Shown: piece after piece, positions 33,767 to 45,700 of the stretch
Layout: every line of letters starts with the position of its first letter
Position numbering within the stretch: the stretch's first letter is position 1
Origin: Lytechinus pictus
Lineage: Eukaryota
Direction of reading: 5' to 3'
Assembly: GCF_037042905.1 (NCBI RefSeq)
Contig: NC_087252.1
Span: 31,744,001 to 31,808,000, forward strand
DNA: 64,000 bases
Position numbers and translations under genes: made by a program
The notes under the pieces: generated by a model
The model's input: only the letters and a program-made list of their open reading frames with translations
The model's database searches: none
What the model was told of the DNA's origin: nothing

Positions 33767-35358
33767 TCATAGCACCGGTCCCGACCGGGTGACCTCCCGC
33801 GTTCACGCGCTGGTTGGGGCCTAGTCTGGATAGCCCCCAGGACCTTCTTGAGGTCCCGTTCCAAACCACCCAGACGCTGCAGATCCCGCTCGATGTGGCC
33901 CAAGCGTTCATCAGTCTTGCGTTCTAGGTTCACCAACCTTCGCTCAAGGGCTGCATTGTTCGCTTCCCCTTCAGGCTTACAAGAGGATTGGGGCAGTTCC
34001 ACTTTGCGGACCTCCCCTTCATTAGCCTTAGACACTGCCTTGGGACGCCCGTACATTGCACGGTGCACGTGTTGATGCCACTCAATATACTTAAGCGCCT
34101 CATTCACGGTAGATGGATTCCGCGTAAGCGCGTGGCACCCTGCCTCTCGGTTGAGGGCGCCCTGGCACAGGCGAAGGACCGCCTGTCTATTCGGGTAAGA
34201 CCCATTGACCCCTGGAAAAGCACACGCTGCTAGCTGGAGCACCCGGTCGGCCCAGTCTGGCAGGGATTCAGTGGGTCCCTGCTTGGCTGCCACAAACTCC
34301 AGCTGAGCAGATTCAGAGAGCCCTTCCTCCCCGAACCTGTGCTGCAGCCGGGCCACTAGACCTGCATATGGCATATTTGGCTCTTGGTCTAAGACCATTA
34401 GCAGATAATCTTCAGCCTTCCCTTTCAGGCCCCAGTATAGCTGGCTTACGCGCTCCATTGCAGTCCAATTATGGTGATCAGCAAAGGCGGAGAACTTTCT
34501 GAAGAAAGCCCTCCAGTTACCCTTGCCGTTGAAAGTGAGGGACTTTGGCAGCGTGTAATATGGTAATCCACCACCAGTCCCCCTTCCTGAGGAACCACTA
34601 GAATTCGCAGGTGACGCAGCCGGGCTACTAGGCGGCGAAGATGAACTGTACTGGGCTGGGCCTGTCATACCCGCCCGCACATTTCTTGCGCTGTAATCTG
34701 GGGTAGGGGGTGGGGCTGAGGAGCCCCTCCCGTCTCCTACCCTGGTCCTTATGCCTGCCCCTTGCCTCCCCCCTTGGGAGGGATGCCTAGCGGGGAGGTC
34801 ATCACCTCCGGACCATTCGCTTGAATCACCACTTACCTGCATGCCTCTATTCGCATAGGCCCCATTAGCCTCTTCGCCTATTAGGTGCCTGGGTCTGACC
34901 CTCGGCTCTACACCAACTCTCATACTTGCCCCTCGGGTGCTTGGGGGCTCGGGCCCCCGCTCCTCCCGGAAGTGAGATGAGCTGGTGCCCCAGGACCCAC
35001 TAGACTGGTTACTTTGACTTGACCTAGGGGGCTGATGTTGGTCATAGGAGTAAACACCCCCGGAACCTGCCACCCCATTTTGGTCAGACTCGCTATGCGG
35101 GGTGCTCGCAGTGAGGCGCCCCCTAGGGGTAATAAAAATACTGCCCTCTACCCCTTGGGTGCCCTCCGAAAAATCTACTCTTCGTGCTAGCTCCCTATTG
35201 CTGCATAGCGCTGGGCTGCTCTCAAATAGCTCACGGGTTATCTCCCCCTGATCCATTCGAATCCCCTGAATTATCCCAGCTAGGGCTGAACTTAGCCCTA
35301 GCGACCTGAACTCCTCAAAGGAGCACACATTGATAGGGATTTTCTCTTCCCCGTCCAT
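33610..35358 (-). CDS. Gag polyprotein (582 aa) with capsid-like region and CCHC zinc knuckle
   Basis: LTFNGKGNWRAFFRKF ... LKGKA ... LQHRFG ... QGPTESLPDWADRV capsid-like motifs; CYECGGIGHYRNNC knuckle; located inside the LTRs. Confidence 0.88.
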   Translation of the reverse strand: MDGEEKIPINVCSFEEFRSLGLSSALAGIIQGIRMDQGEITRELFESSPALCSNRELARRVDFSEGTQGVEGSIFITPRGRLTASTPHSESDQNGVAGSGGVYSYDQHQPPRSSQSNQSSGSWGTSSSHFREERGPEPPSTRGASMRVGVEPRVRPRHLIGEEANGAYANRGMQVSGDSSEWSGGDDLPARHPSQGGRQGAGIRTRVGDGRGSSAPPPTPDYSARNVRAGMTGPAQYSSSSPPSSPAASPANSSGSSGRGTGGGLPYYTLPKSLTFNGKGNWRAFFRKFSAFADHHNWTAMERVSQLYWGLKGKAEDYLLMVLDQEPNMPYAGLVARLQHRFGEEGLSESAQLEFVAAKQGPTESLPDWADRVLQLAACAFPGVNGSYPNRQAVLRLCQGALNREAGCHALTRNPSTVNEALKYIEWHQHVHRAMYGRPKAVSKANEGEVRKVELPQSSCKPEGEANNAALERRLVNLERKTDERLGHIERDLQRLGGLERDLKKVLGAIQTRPQPARERGRSPGRDRCYECGGIGHYRNNCPSVQENRAKVQVSFVGDQEEENSSGSEELASPRPPPPEAK

Positions 35359-35369
35359 GTTATCCTTAC

Positions 35370-35990
35370 CCTATGTGGTATTACCCTAGCAAGGTTACAG
35401 TTAGGCCCAGTAATAAGCCCAACCAAAAACCTGTTAAAATTATCCAAAAGTTATCCAAAAACTAGGTCTAAATGCAAACCCAATTTATTTATTAAATTCT
35501 TTCTAGTATTTTCTTTTAGCAATTAAAATTGCAAAAACCTGTAAAAAAGTCCAAAAGTATACCCTACTCAGTTTATGGTTAGGCACAATAATAAGCCCGA
35601 CCAAAAACCTACTTAAATTTATCTGAAAGTGGTCCCAATAAATTCTTTTATTTTTTAGCAACTAAAATTATAAAAACCGGTAAAGAGTCCAAAATTATAC
35701 CTTTAACAGTCAATGGTTAGGCACAGTGATAAGCCCGACCAAAAACCTGCTAAAGTTATCCAAAAAAGCTATCCCAAAAAATTAGGTCCAAATGCCAACC
35801 CAAATTTATTTTATAACAATTCTTTTATTTTTAGCAACTAAAATTATAAAACCGGTAAAAAGTCCAAAATTATACCTTTAACAGTCAATGGTTAGGCACA
35901 GTGATAAGCCCGACCAAAAACCTGCTAAAGTTATCCAAAAAGCTATCCCAAAAAATTAGGTCCAAATGCGAACCCAATTTATGGTATAAA
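35370..35990. repeat. Degenerate tandem repeat (~140-180 bp unit, ~3.5 copies) in the LTR-element leader
   Basis: AAGCCC(G/A)ACCAAAAACCT recurs at about 35416, 35593, 35731 and 35906. Confidence 0.8.
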
Positions 35991-38984
35991 AGTCTAGCTT
36001 TTATTATTAATTAGATTAGTTTAGTCCGGTTGTTGTTAATAGTTTGCGCTAGCACTGCCAAAAAGAATGATTTTAGTTCTAAAAATATTTATATTAACCT
36101 CTAAGCCTAACTTGTCTTTTATTAATTTACCTATTTATTTTATTAATCCTCGAAGCTGGTTCTATCACACTGGAGTCCAAGTTCAGCACACAAAATATTT
36201 CATGCACACCGAGTCACCCCACACTCTCTCTCAAATAATCTTTCTTTTTCTTTCTTTGATTTTTTTTTTTTTTTTTTTTTTCTCTGAACTCCCCACTACA
36301 GTGAGTGGGTGGGTTCACACACTACGCCACCTACGTCGCAAACACCCAACACCGTATATCCACACACACACTTCCTACCCCACTCGAAAGTGAACGAGTG
36401 GGGCTGCCCGTGTTCTAGATCTAATCTAGATATGCCTAACAATAAACCCAGCTTCGAGGAGCAAAACAACACGCTAAAACAACCACTAAAAATTCAAAAT
36501 ATCCGAAATAGGCAGGCGAGAGAGGATTGGGATAATGCCCTACCTTTGTTGGTCAGTCTGGCTTCCCGTCCTACTCGCCCAAATAATCGCCGTTGTTTAC
36601 CCGTATACGTGCGATGGATTGGTCCGGCCTGACGTCAGTTCGGATCTCAAACTAGACCCAAACGTTGAGCCGACGATGTAAAACAAGATGGCGCCGGTCG
36701 GTGGCAGAGAGAACCAATAATATCTCTCCGCCAATAGATCGCCGTGAAATCTTGGATCGGGCCGCGCGCTTTTACCTAGCCGGAACACACACACTCTTAC
36801 GCACCTCTCACCCCAACAAAAATAGTTCACTCACAAATCACTCGCAAAACGACACAAAAATCATCCAAACACCCAAAATCACAAGCAAATCACACAATCA
36901 CACCAACGTGAAACACAGTCCACAACTAAAAACGGATATTAAAGCACAAAACTAAAACAAACTCACAACACAACAACACGTGTGTTCTCCCCCCTTTTCT
37001 GGAAATTTCCGTCACGGGACCGGAACTACCATCAGTCCCCGCGACGAAAACCTTACCAAAAAAGACAGGGGACGATTGCCTAAATATGTCCCAAATCAAG
37101 ATTTAACCTCTCAATTCAGGACAATCGCAAACATGAAACAAGGGACAATATTCATAGAATATACGCAATACGACAAAGCTCTGAATCTAGCCTTATCAAC
37201 TGTAATTAGCCCAATCTAAAACTGATTTCTCGCACTCGAGCGGCGACCATTTCCCCCCACGCAGCGGGGCATAGGGATTTGCTCGTCCGATGCGCAATAG
37301 GGGGCCGTTAGCTCGCCGCGAGCAGGGACTCGATTTTAAGGCGCGCGAGAGCGATCGCGCGCTACATGCGCGCCTTAATCCATTTTAGGTAGCGCGATTA
37401 ATAGCGCGCCTCGCGATCGCTGAGCTGCGCAGAAATGCCTAAAGTCCCCCTCGAAATCACCCAAAATCATTGCCAAGTGATAACAACTCAACGGCCATGT
37501 TCGAGCTCCGCTTACCATTTAAAAATCATCCAATATCCACACTCAAATTCATGAATAAGCCTTGAAAATAGCGAGGAGCGCAGTTTCAAATTCCGAAGTT
37601 GCGTCTTTTTTTCTGTACCACGTATTTCCATACACATGGTACCAGGTATGGAAAAAAAAAATCAACGCAACGGTCGGGAAACAGTTGCATGTATAGCCTA
37701 GGGTCCGTTATGACTACCACGCACCATGTGCAATTTCTAATGCACATGTTTCCCCTACAGATATCACAATTCAGAGTCTAGTAACCTGGCATTGGTGAGT
37801 TGTCATTCGGCTTTGCTTTTCAAAACGGCCTATTAACATCCAAAATAAGTTACCATATTTATTAATTATAGCTAAAAAATCATTTATTTTCTTTTTCTAG
37901 GGGATGAGGTAAATATCAGAAAATAAATCATCAAACAAAGCTCCATCTATTTTACAAGGCCGGCGGCAGGCTCACGCACGAACGCATTGGCGCATGTAGC
38001 CAGTCGGAGCTCTGTCTCTCTGCCAGAGCTCTGGGGGACAATTCGCTCAGTAAAGGCCTCAATGATGGTGATTTTCTGTTTCAGACAGAGTTTACATTTC
38101 AGGTATATTATTCAAAACTGCCAATAAAGTTTGATGATTTCTTCATTGTCATGTATATTCAAGTTCTTAATGAATACATTCTCACCAAATTTAGACTCCC
38201 CCATAGAGAAATGCAATTTTCGTGGAGATCTGCGTTTTCAAAGAACTTCAGGAAAAGTTAGGGTATGTGGGCCTTTATTACATGTACATGGCCGAGTACA
38301 GGGTATTGTACTGGAATATACGGAGTAGAAATTAGATATTGAATTAATTTATATCCAAGTCCAACTCACAGTCACACACACACGCACAGTGCCACACACC
38401 CACACACACCCACATCCAAGATTCTAAGCATGAAAAAATAACTTTAAAAACCATACAATATTTAACAAAAAGTAATAATTCATTAATAAGTGAACAGGTA
38501 TTCCTGAAAATACAAAAAAGTAGTATTTAAAAAGAGCCCCCGAAATGCAAAATTAGCCCCAAAATTTGACCAATAAATAAAAAAATGGAGCCCCCGAAAA
38601 AAAAAATTGTCAGTGACTTAACTTTTAGCCAAAGTCAAAACCTCACTCAAACAGGTTTTACAATCTAATTACAATACATTGTAAAACAATTATAAATATT
38701 GCATATTCGATTGTTTCCTTCCTTTGGTTGTTGATTGTAACTTAGTACATATATTTCCTCCATCTGTTTTGTTAATTGGACAAAAAGCTCCCCTTGTATG
38801 TTGAAGAAGAGCTTTTTGCAGTGCTCCTCTACCGCTCTCCTTAAAAGTTCTAGGAGAGCTTTTTATTGCTCCCCTCACAATTATAAAACTGAGTCCCTGC
38901 GCGAGACAATTATACCCCAATTAATTTCAATAAATTTGCCTAAAATGCCCACAAAAGCAGACACAGTCAGGCTCGCAGCGCCAC

Positions 38985-39675
38985 TGTAGCGGTCGCGCCC
39001 CCAGCTTGACCACTAGGTTGATACTAGACAGCTGGCAGCCGTCTGTTTCGAGGAGTTTTTTAACATTTTTTTTATTTTTTATTCTCCTCGTACACAGACG
39101 GCTCGCTAGCGTGCAGCCACCATTAGGGGACTTGCAATGCGAAATCCCCCCGTCGGGGCTCTTCAATTTTTGTCTTTAATGAATAAAAATTTTGAAAATT
39201 AACGCGACCAAAATGCAAATTAATATTCCCTCTTGGCATTAATTGCCCCAAAACGGAGAAAAATCAAGTTAAAAGGAACAAAAACAGTGACTTACCTCGG
39301 CTGTCGCGCAAATTCACTTCCCCGTTTTATCCGATCTTAAGTACATAAACATATGGCCATTGAGTCCCCTGTACAGATCGCGCTAGAACTTCGGTCTCTG
39401 TATTTGGTGAGTGAAGCCAACGGAGTTCAGCTGAACAACCAACATAACAGAGACCGAAGCTTTTGGTCTAGGTTGATACCTGAAGCTAGAATATAAGGAA
39501 TAAGTCACTAACCAGTATTTTCCTGGAGTGATGTCCTAGTTCCTGTCTATTCCGTGTGAGTTCAGCTTCAAATACAATGATCCAAGGGATCCAACGTCCT
39601 CCAGCGTCTAAAAGGGGTCCAGCGCCATCTCCCGGTGGAAGACCTATATGGGGGGTGGGGTGACTTACTACAACA
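38985..39675 (-). repeat. 5' LTR, interrupted by a 446-bp insertion
   Basis: Matches the 3' LTR on both sides of 39025-39479. Confidence 0.92.
39025..39470. mobile_element. Small non-autonomous DNA element, TAGAC..GTCTA ends, 9-bp TSD GGTTGATAC, hairpin at each end
   Basis: The empty site is visible in the other LTR. TSD at 39016-39024 and 39471-39479. Confidence 0.88.
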
Positions 39676-42600
39676 ATTCTACTAAATTTTTGCCTTCCCC
39701 CTTCTTTTTCTCTTGTAAAATCCATTTTTACCGTTCCTATGGACACAGCGCCTTACTCTCCCGCGCGTATCGTTTGTAATACGCAATAATTTTAATGCGC
39801 GCAAGGTGGTCGGTTTCAAAAGAGGTGGTCGATATGTGTTGTTGTTGTTGTTGTGATATGTGGCACATAGAACTTTCCCCATAGGCACACAGTAGACGGA
39901 TTCCCTGCACGCTGATTGGCTGATCGCGCGACCCTCTTCCCTTCCTCGCCCAGCGCTGTGTGTGAGAATCTTTACACCGCGCGATCGGCTGACTCACGGA
40001 GCACTACACTCTGTCGGGTAAAGATGCCAGCGTGTAGATTTCGGGCACATGTTCGGATGATATCGGCACTTCGGCAGGCAGGGTCCGAAGTCTAAGCAAA
40101 ACATGTGGTTTTCATCGGGTTACGCAAGGCCGAAGGCCGCTTGCATAAATTGTATTTGCATAGAGTACAGTGCACAGCGTATATATAATGTACATGTATA
40201 CTTGTCTGTACTGAATTCTGCGTTGCCTCCGCGATAAATGAATTTCCTGATAGACTGCCTTTTGATTAGATGCTCGGCGCAGACTTCATGCATGTATATT
40301 AATGTCCTACAAATTAACTTTGTTTTTTAATAGAATCATTTGATGTTCAAAAAGGGTGTAATTGTAGGATGTTTGAACTATAAAAGGCAGTACATTCTAT
40401 AAGAGCATATATTTTGTATTTTTTGTGTGCTCACGAGAATTCATGTGACACTTTGTCTGGAGTGTGGGAGTGCTTCTAGACTAGCATGAGTCTACCCTGT
40501 GTATGTCTGGACAGGTTGTGTGTCCGGACGATCACTTTTAGAAAGTCATATAGAAAAATTTACAAGCGAAGTTTCTTCAATTTTTAGTACAAGATATTAG
40601 GAAATATTATAGAGAACAAGATGAGTACAACCATTGAATTCATACTTACAGTGTAATGCAAAGACGAAAAAGAAGCCTTAAAAAATAGTGTCCGGACGCC
40701 CAACCCCCCCCCCCCACAACTACGAGAGTGAGAACGAATGTGACCTGATTGTGTGTTATAATTTTCATATTTTATTTGACTTAATTGTTGGTTTATAATT
40801 CAATCATTTTTCATTAACTATTTGACAATTTTCTTTTTGCTGGACAATGTCATGAGTATTCAATATATTTGTATTATGCACTTTTACTTGAGCTAGGCTG
40901 TGTCATCATTTTTCAGACAGGAATCTTAGCAATCAATTTTAACAGAAAATATTTTTTATCTAAAATGTATTTTACAGGAGATATCAAAGTGATTGTTTTC
41001 AGGAAGGTGGTTTAATCAACGATCTAAATGATTATTCAAAATTCACTATAGTCATATAAAATATATTTCTGTATTAAAAACTTATTTTCATTGTCAATAT
41101 ATTGAGATTGATGAAACACATGTAAACATTGACTGAAAGGTTTTCAACATTATTACAGCTAGTATTATTGTTCTACTGAACAATTCTATAAAAATATTGA
41201 GCTTTTAACTTTTTGTTTATTTCGTTCATGTTCATGAAAATATTCTACTTTTGTATTTTATTGGAAAATGAAATACTCTCGATCTCTCCCAATACCCTCA
41301 GTCCTAAATTTACAATAATTGGTTATCATTAATACCAATATTGTATAGGGTCTCAACGTGATGTCATTGTTTTGGTGTTTTTTTTCCTCACTTCGATGTG
41401 CTGAAAAAATAGAAATTCCAAAAAAGGGTAGACTCCGATCTCCCTGCTCTAATCATGGACTAATAATCTGAATGCTGATGGTAATGTAATTTTCTTACAC
41501 ATTTTGAAACACGTTGCATAATATGGAATGTATATATTAGTTGACAAGAATATCTGACCTCTATAATATATCAAAGTGCACAAAATATTTTATGTAATAG
41601 CTTTCAGGCTTTAACATGTCACAGCCACGGCAATGGTGACATTTCATGAAATAATTGTGAATGTATTTATGAAGATGTCGTCAGTACCTTACAATGTAAA
41701 TAAGATACCATATATGTAATGTTATCTGTGGTGATTGGGAAACCTATACCTTGTATCGGGAGGGGTACGTGATTCAATAGATCCCAAAAGAATTCATATT
41801 CAACAGTATGACAATTAGACTCCATGAAGCATATGATGGAATTGAACAATTCATCGAATGATATGGATTTCAAGTTAATTGATTTGTCTAAACGTTAAAG
41901 CTTGTATTTCGTCTGTTCATCCCTATAGATCTACACAAGTTGATATTTTTATTTGAATATCGTTGGGAATTTCGATGAATTATTTTTCAATTTCAATTGT
42001 CATTTTATATTTGAATAACGCTTCAAATAGTTATCTTTACAACGGCATCGGCCTAATTTGTAAGAGTACCTATTTATGAAATGAAAGTTTAAATGTGAAC
42101 GAGAACACTCGGCCCTAAAGCCGATGGCACGTGATCGAATTAGTATTGCTTGAAAATGATGTTTCCCGAATTCCCGTCATAGGGTGAAATTCTCTTCTGT
42201 AACTTTAAAACTGAACTTCTATTGAAATTTACTGAATCACTCACCTCTCCACACCCATGGTATAAGAAAACATTTCCCAAATCGCCAAAATTAAGATGTG
42301 AAGATTTATCAACCATCATCGTGATCAGCAGTGACAACATTCGCCTCGAACACCCCCCCCCCCAACACACACACATGATCTCAACATCCCCTCTTCATTT
42401 CTGGACCCCTTCCTCTTTCGCTCGATCGCTCTTTGCGACCCTAGCTCCTACCCCCCCCCCCCCTTCTCTCTCTCGTACACTACACGCTGATGTAGAGTAG
42501 AAACAGTAGCTCCATAAGTGTGGTATGCAAAAAGAATTAGGCCTGTCAAACTACTTACAAGACATTTATAATCGTATATTTTAAAAATTATGTATGCATT

Positions 42601-43139
42601 ATTAAAACATTCGTGATCATCGGTGAACAAAGAACAATAAAAATCACCGGTGGATCGGGGGGGGGGGCACAGCCGGCCCGTGCGCACCCCCCCCCACCAT
42701 TCAGAGGCACAAGTAAAATTTGTAATGTAAAAATAGTGGTAAACAGAAGCGTGCGCCCCCCCCCCCCCTCCGATAGTGAAGACCAAACTCCCCTTAATTA
42801 TTTTTGGTTGAAACCCTTTTCTATTTTTTTTTTTTTTGCTTGTCAATTTTTTCCTCGGGGAAAACGTGCCCTCCCCCCTTCGAAAAATCCTGGATCCGCT
42901 CCTGATACGAATGTAAATACTTTTAATTCATATTAAAAAGAAAATAATTGGATACGAATCATAAACTTTAACAGGAAGCTATTAATTATGAAAGTTATAT
43001 TTTATCCGAAATTGAAAAACATTTAATGTATTACAGAGAAGTTTGGGACCCCGTCTAATGAATGCAGATGTCCATTAATTATTTGAAGGCCTGCAAACAA
43101 TTCATCTTGGGATTTCACGGACCGAGGGGCTATGGTCCT

Positions 43140-43692
43140 TACACCTCGGTCACATTTGCTCTACGGCGGCCGTACGGCGAGTCGAAACAGTCGTTTTAAT
43201 ATTGTTTTTGTACCAGCTACATTATACATGTAAGATTTAATTTGTACATGTAAGATTATGTACAATATAAAAATGAATAAAAATACTGTTTTCGGCTAGC
43301 CGTGCGGCAAATGTGACCGAGGTACGAGTCTGTCATCGACATGAAAAACAATGGTTGACAGAACCAAACACGCATTCAGAAAATTAAATCACAATTTCAA
43401 AAGATGTAGAAAGTATGGGGTAAATTTATTGATCAATTTGAGAATAAATCTGGCTTTAAGTAATTTCGTTGGACTTAATATCAATCCTTTCCAGTTTTCT
43501 ATTAAAATATGTTCTATAAAATTTGACGTCCTTAGTAGTCACATTTGCTCTACGGCGGTCGTACAGCGAGTCGAAAACAGCCGTTTTACTCATTTCTTTC
43601 AAACTATGTATACAACACTGGTACAAAATAATGTTAAACTGCCGTTTTCGACTTGCCGTACGGCCGCCGTATAGGGGAAATGTGACTGGTGT
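43140..43692. mobile_element. Two copies of a short palindromic MITE (about 43140-43324 and 43536-43692)
   Basis: GTCACATTTGCTCTACGGCGG ... AAATGTGAC in both copies. Confidence 0.65.
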
Positions 43693-45604
43693 AATAAACT
43701 GACATTAAAATAGTAAAGTTGATGCAGTTGCAAATTGTTAAAATCTTTATTAAAAGAAATCATGATATAGGGTTTGCTTACACTTTACAGTTTGGCTTTG
43801 ATTTATCTTGATGATTTTCATTATTCTTTTCATGATAATTTTTAGTTAAAACAGCGTTTTACTATATTCCGTGAAAGTGAATGTCCTTCCAGAATTCCAT
43901 GTTTTTAATAATTCATACTGAACTGGAAACTCTTATTAAAGGCAAATTTAATGCATAAGAATTTATTGAGCATATGATAATAATTCAAACAATGCTGTTT
44001 ACTACATGAATCCCATAGTAGTTTAAACAGTTTAATAAAGTGTTTAAAATCTGAAACAATCATGCTTTATTTATTGATAATTAAATATTAGAGTTTATAA
44101 AACTTTGTTGTTTATAAAGTTGTTAAACACTTAAAATGTTTAAACAACTACTATGCAATTCACATATTAAACAACGTTGTTTGAATTATATTTTAACAAT
44201 GAAACAACATAATACATAAATTAATTACAAATAAATCACAAGAATATTATGACCATACATATAAATAGCATTTTACAGTGCATCATTGTTAACAGAAACT
44301 GTTTTTCGACCCTTCTCAGCATCATATTCATAACCTTTTTAAATTATTCACTTATTCAATTTTAAGTAAAAATAAAGTTGAAAGATTATCTCATAAGACA
44401 ATAAAAATGTTTTTATATCGTCTTGATTTAGTGATCCCCAATCCTTCACCTTCTTGAGCAGTTGTAAAATGCGATATGAACTTGTAGCTCTCGACCTTTG
44501 CTCCGTTTGGGTCTTGTGAACAACAGTCTTTCAAGCAGTGTCAGTCAGTCATCTTCGGATTATATGCTGTAAATTATACAATGAAAATAGACCATAGTTT
44601 TAACTTTTGAGTTTGATTTATTGCTAATGTCATAATTGGTCATTCAAAGATTTAAAAAGAAAATAGATAAGAAAAAGAACAGGGCAGGAAAATATTTATG
44701 ATTTTTGCAAAACAAATACTGAAGGAAACAAAATCAAAATCAATCTCCATCCATATCAATTTGGTACACTTCTGCACTTCAGTGATTATAATTTGCATTA
44801 TTTTTCAATTCAATTTCCTGTATTTTAGGGTCTAATTATTGATATCATCATGTCTCAAAAATTCCATTGACGATTTCGCGATTGACTGTCCCTGGCCTTA
44901 CCGAAAAAAATAAAAACAGTGTCCAGTTTTAGAAGTTAAATCAGTATCGCGAAAGTTCCAACAAATAAAATGCCCAAACTTATATTCCTAAAATACTACG
45001 AGTATGATATTCGCCATTCCATTAATACAAGCAGAGCTTCAATTTCAGAGCCATACACAACAACAGGTGCAGCTGCCATTCATTACATACACGCCCCAAG
45101 GCCGCATGGCCGAGCTCACACACATTCCACAGCCATTCACGAACCATGCACGAACAACCGAGCGAAGCCCGATCACAACACAACGTACGCCATGCTTTAT
45201 ATACACCATTGCGGACTAAGCACAAACACCACCGCAAAACAGTTCACAAAATAAACCTCGGTGTAGACGGTTTTCCGTATGTCGCTCTGTACCAATACAT
45301 GTCGCTCACATACACTTTGCACACATTGACACACAGTAAACAACGAACACAGTCGTGCGATTTTCACTTCTCGACGGTAAATATCTTCAAAAATATGACT
45401 TACCAAATGACGAGAAGTCCGCAAAATATCATCAGATTTTCCGAGGTAATGTAGCTACACCGTATGAAGAAAATGAGATTTTCAACTCGAAATCTTGAAG
45501 GAAATACGTCGTGTTTAGTATGAGGTTGATCGGTGGTTCGCAGAGAAAATTATCGCACTACATAGGTTTTGTATTATGGGAAAATATGCAAATGAGAGCC
45601 AAAA

Positions 45605-45700
45605 CACCCAATGAGATCACAGCTCAAGATTTGTGAATGAAACATGACGTCACGCACTACGCTGGCGATCGAACGAGCGTACTGCGCATGCGCGGGTTTC
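45605..45700. promoter_or_regulatory. Candidate promoter: CCAAT, CRE and NRF1-type motifs in a CpG-rich patch
   Basis: CCAAT at 45608, TGACGTCA at 45645-45652, TGCGCATGCGC at 45683-45693. Confidence 0.4.

Larger units (their letters stand above)
31258..39675 (-). mobile_element. Gypsy-like LTR retroelement, non-autonomous (gag + protease only), 4-bp TSD ATTC
   Basis: TG..CA LTRs at 31258-31493 and 38985-39675. PBS TGGCGCTGCGAGC (tRNA-Ser-like) next to the 5' LTR; PPT AGAACGGGGGGAC next to the 3' LTR; ATTC on both flanks. Confidence 0.93.
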
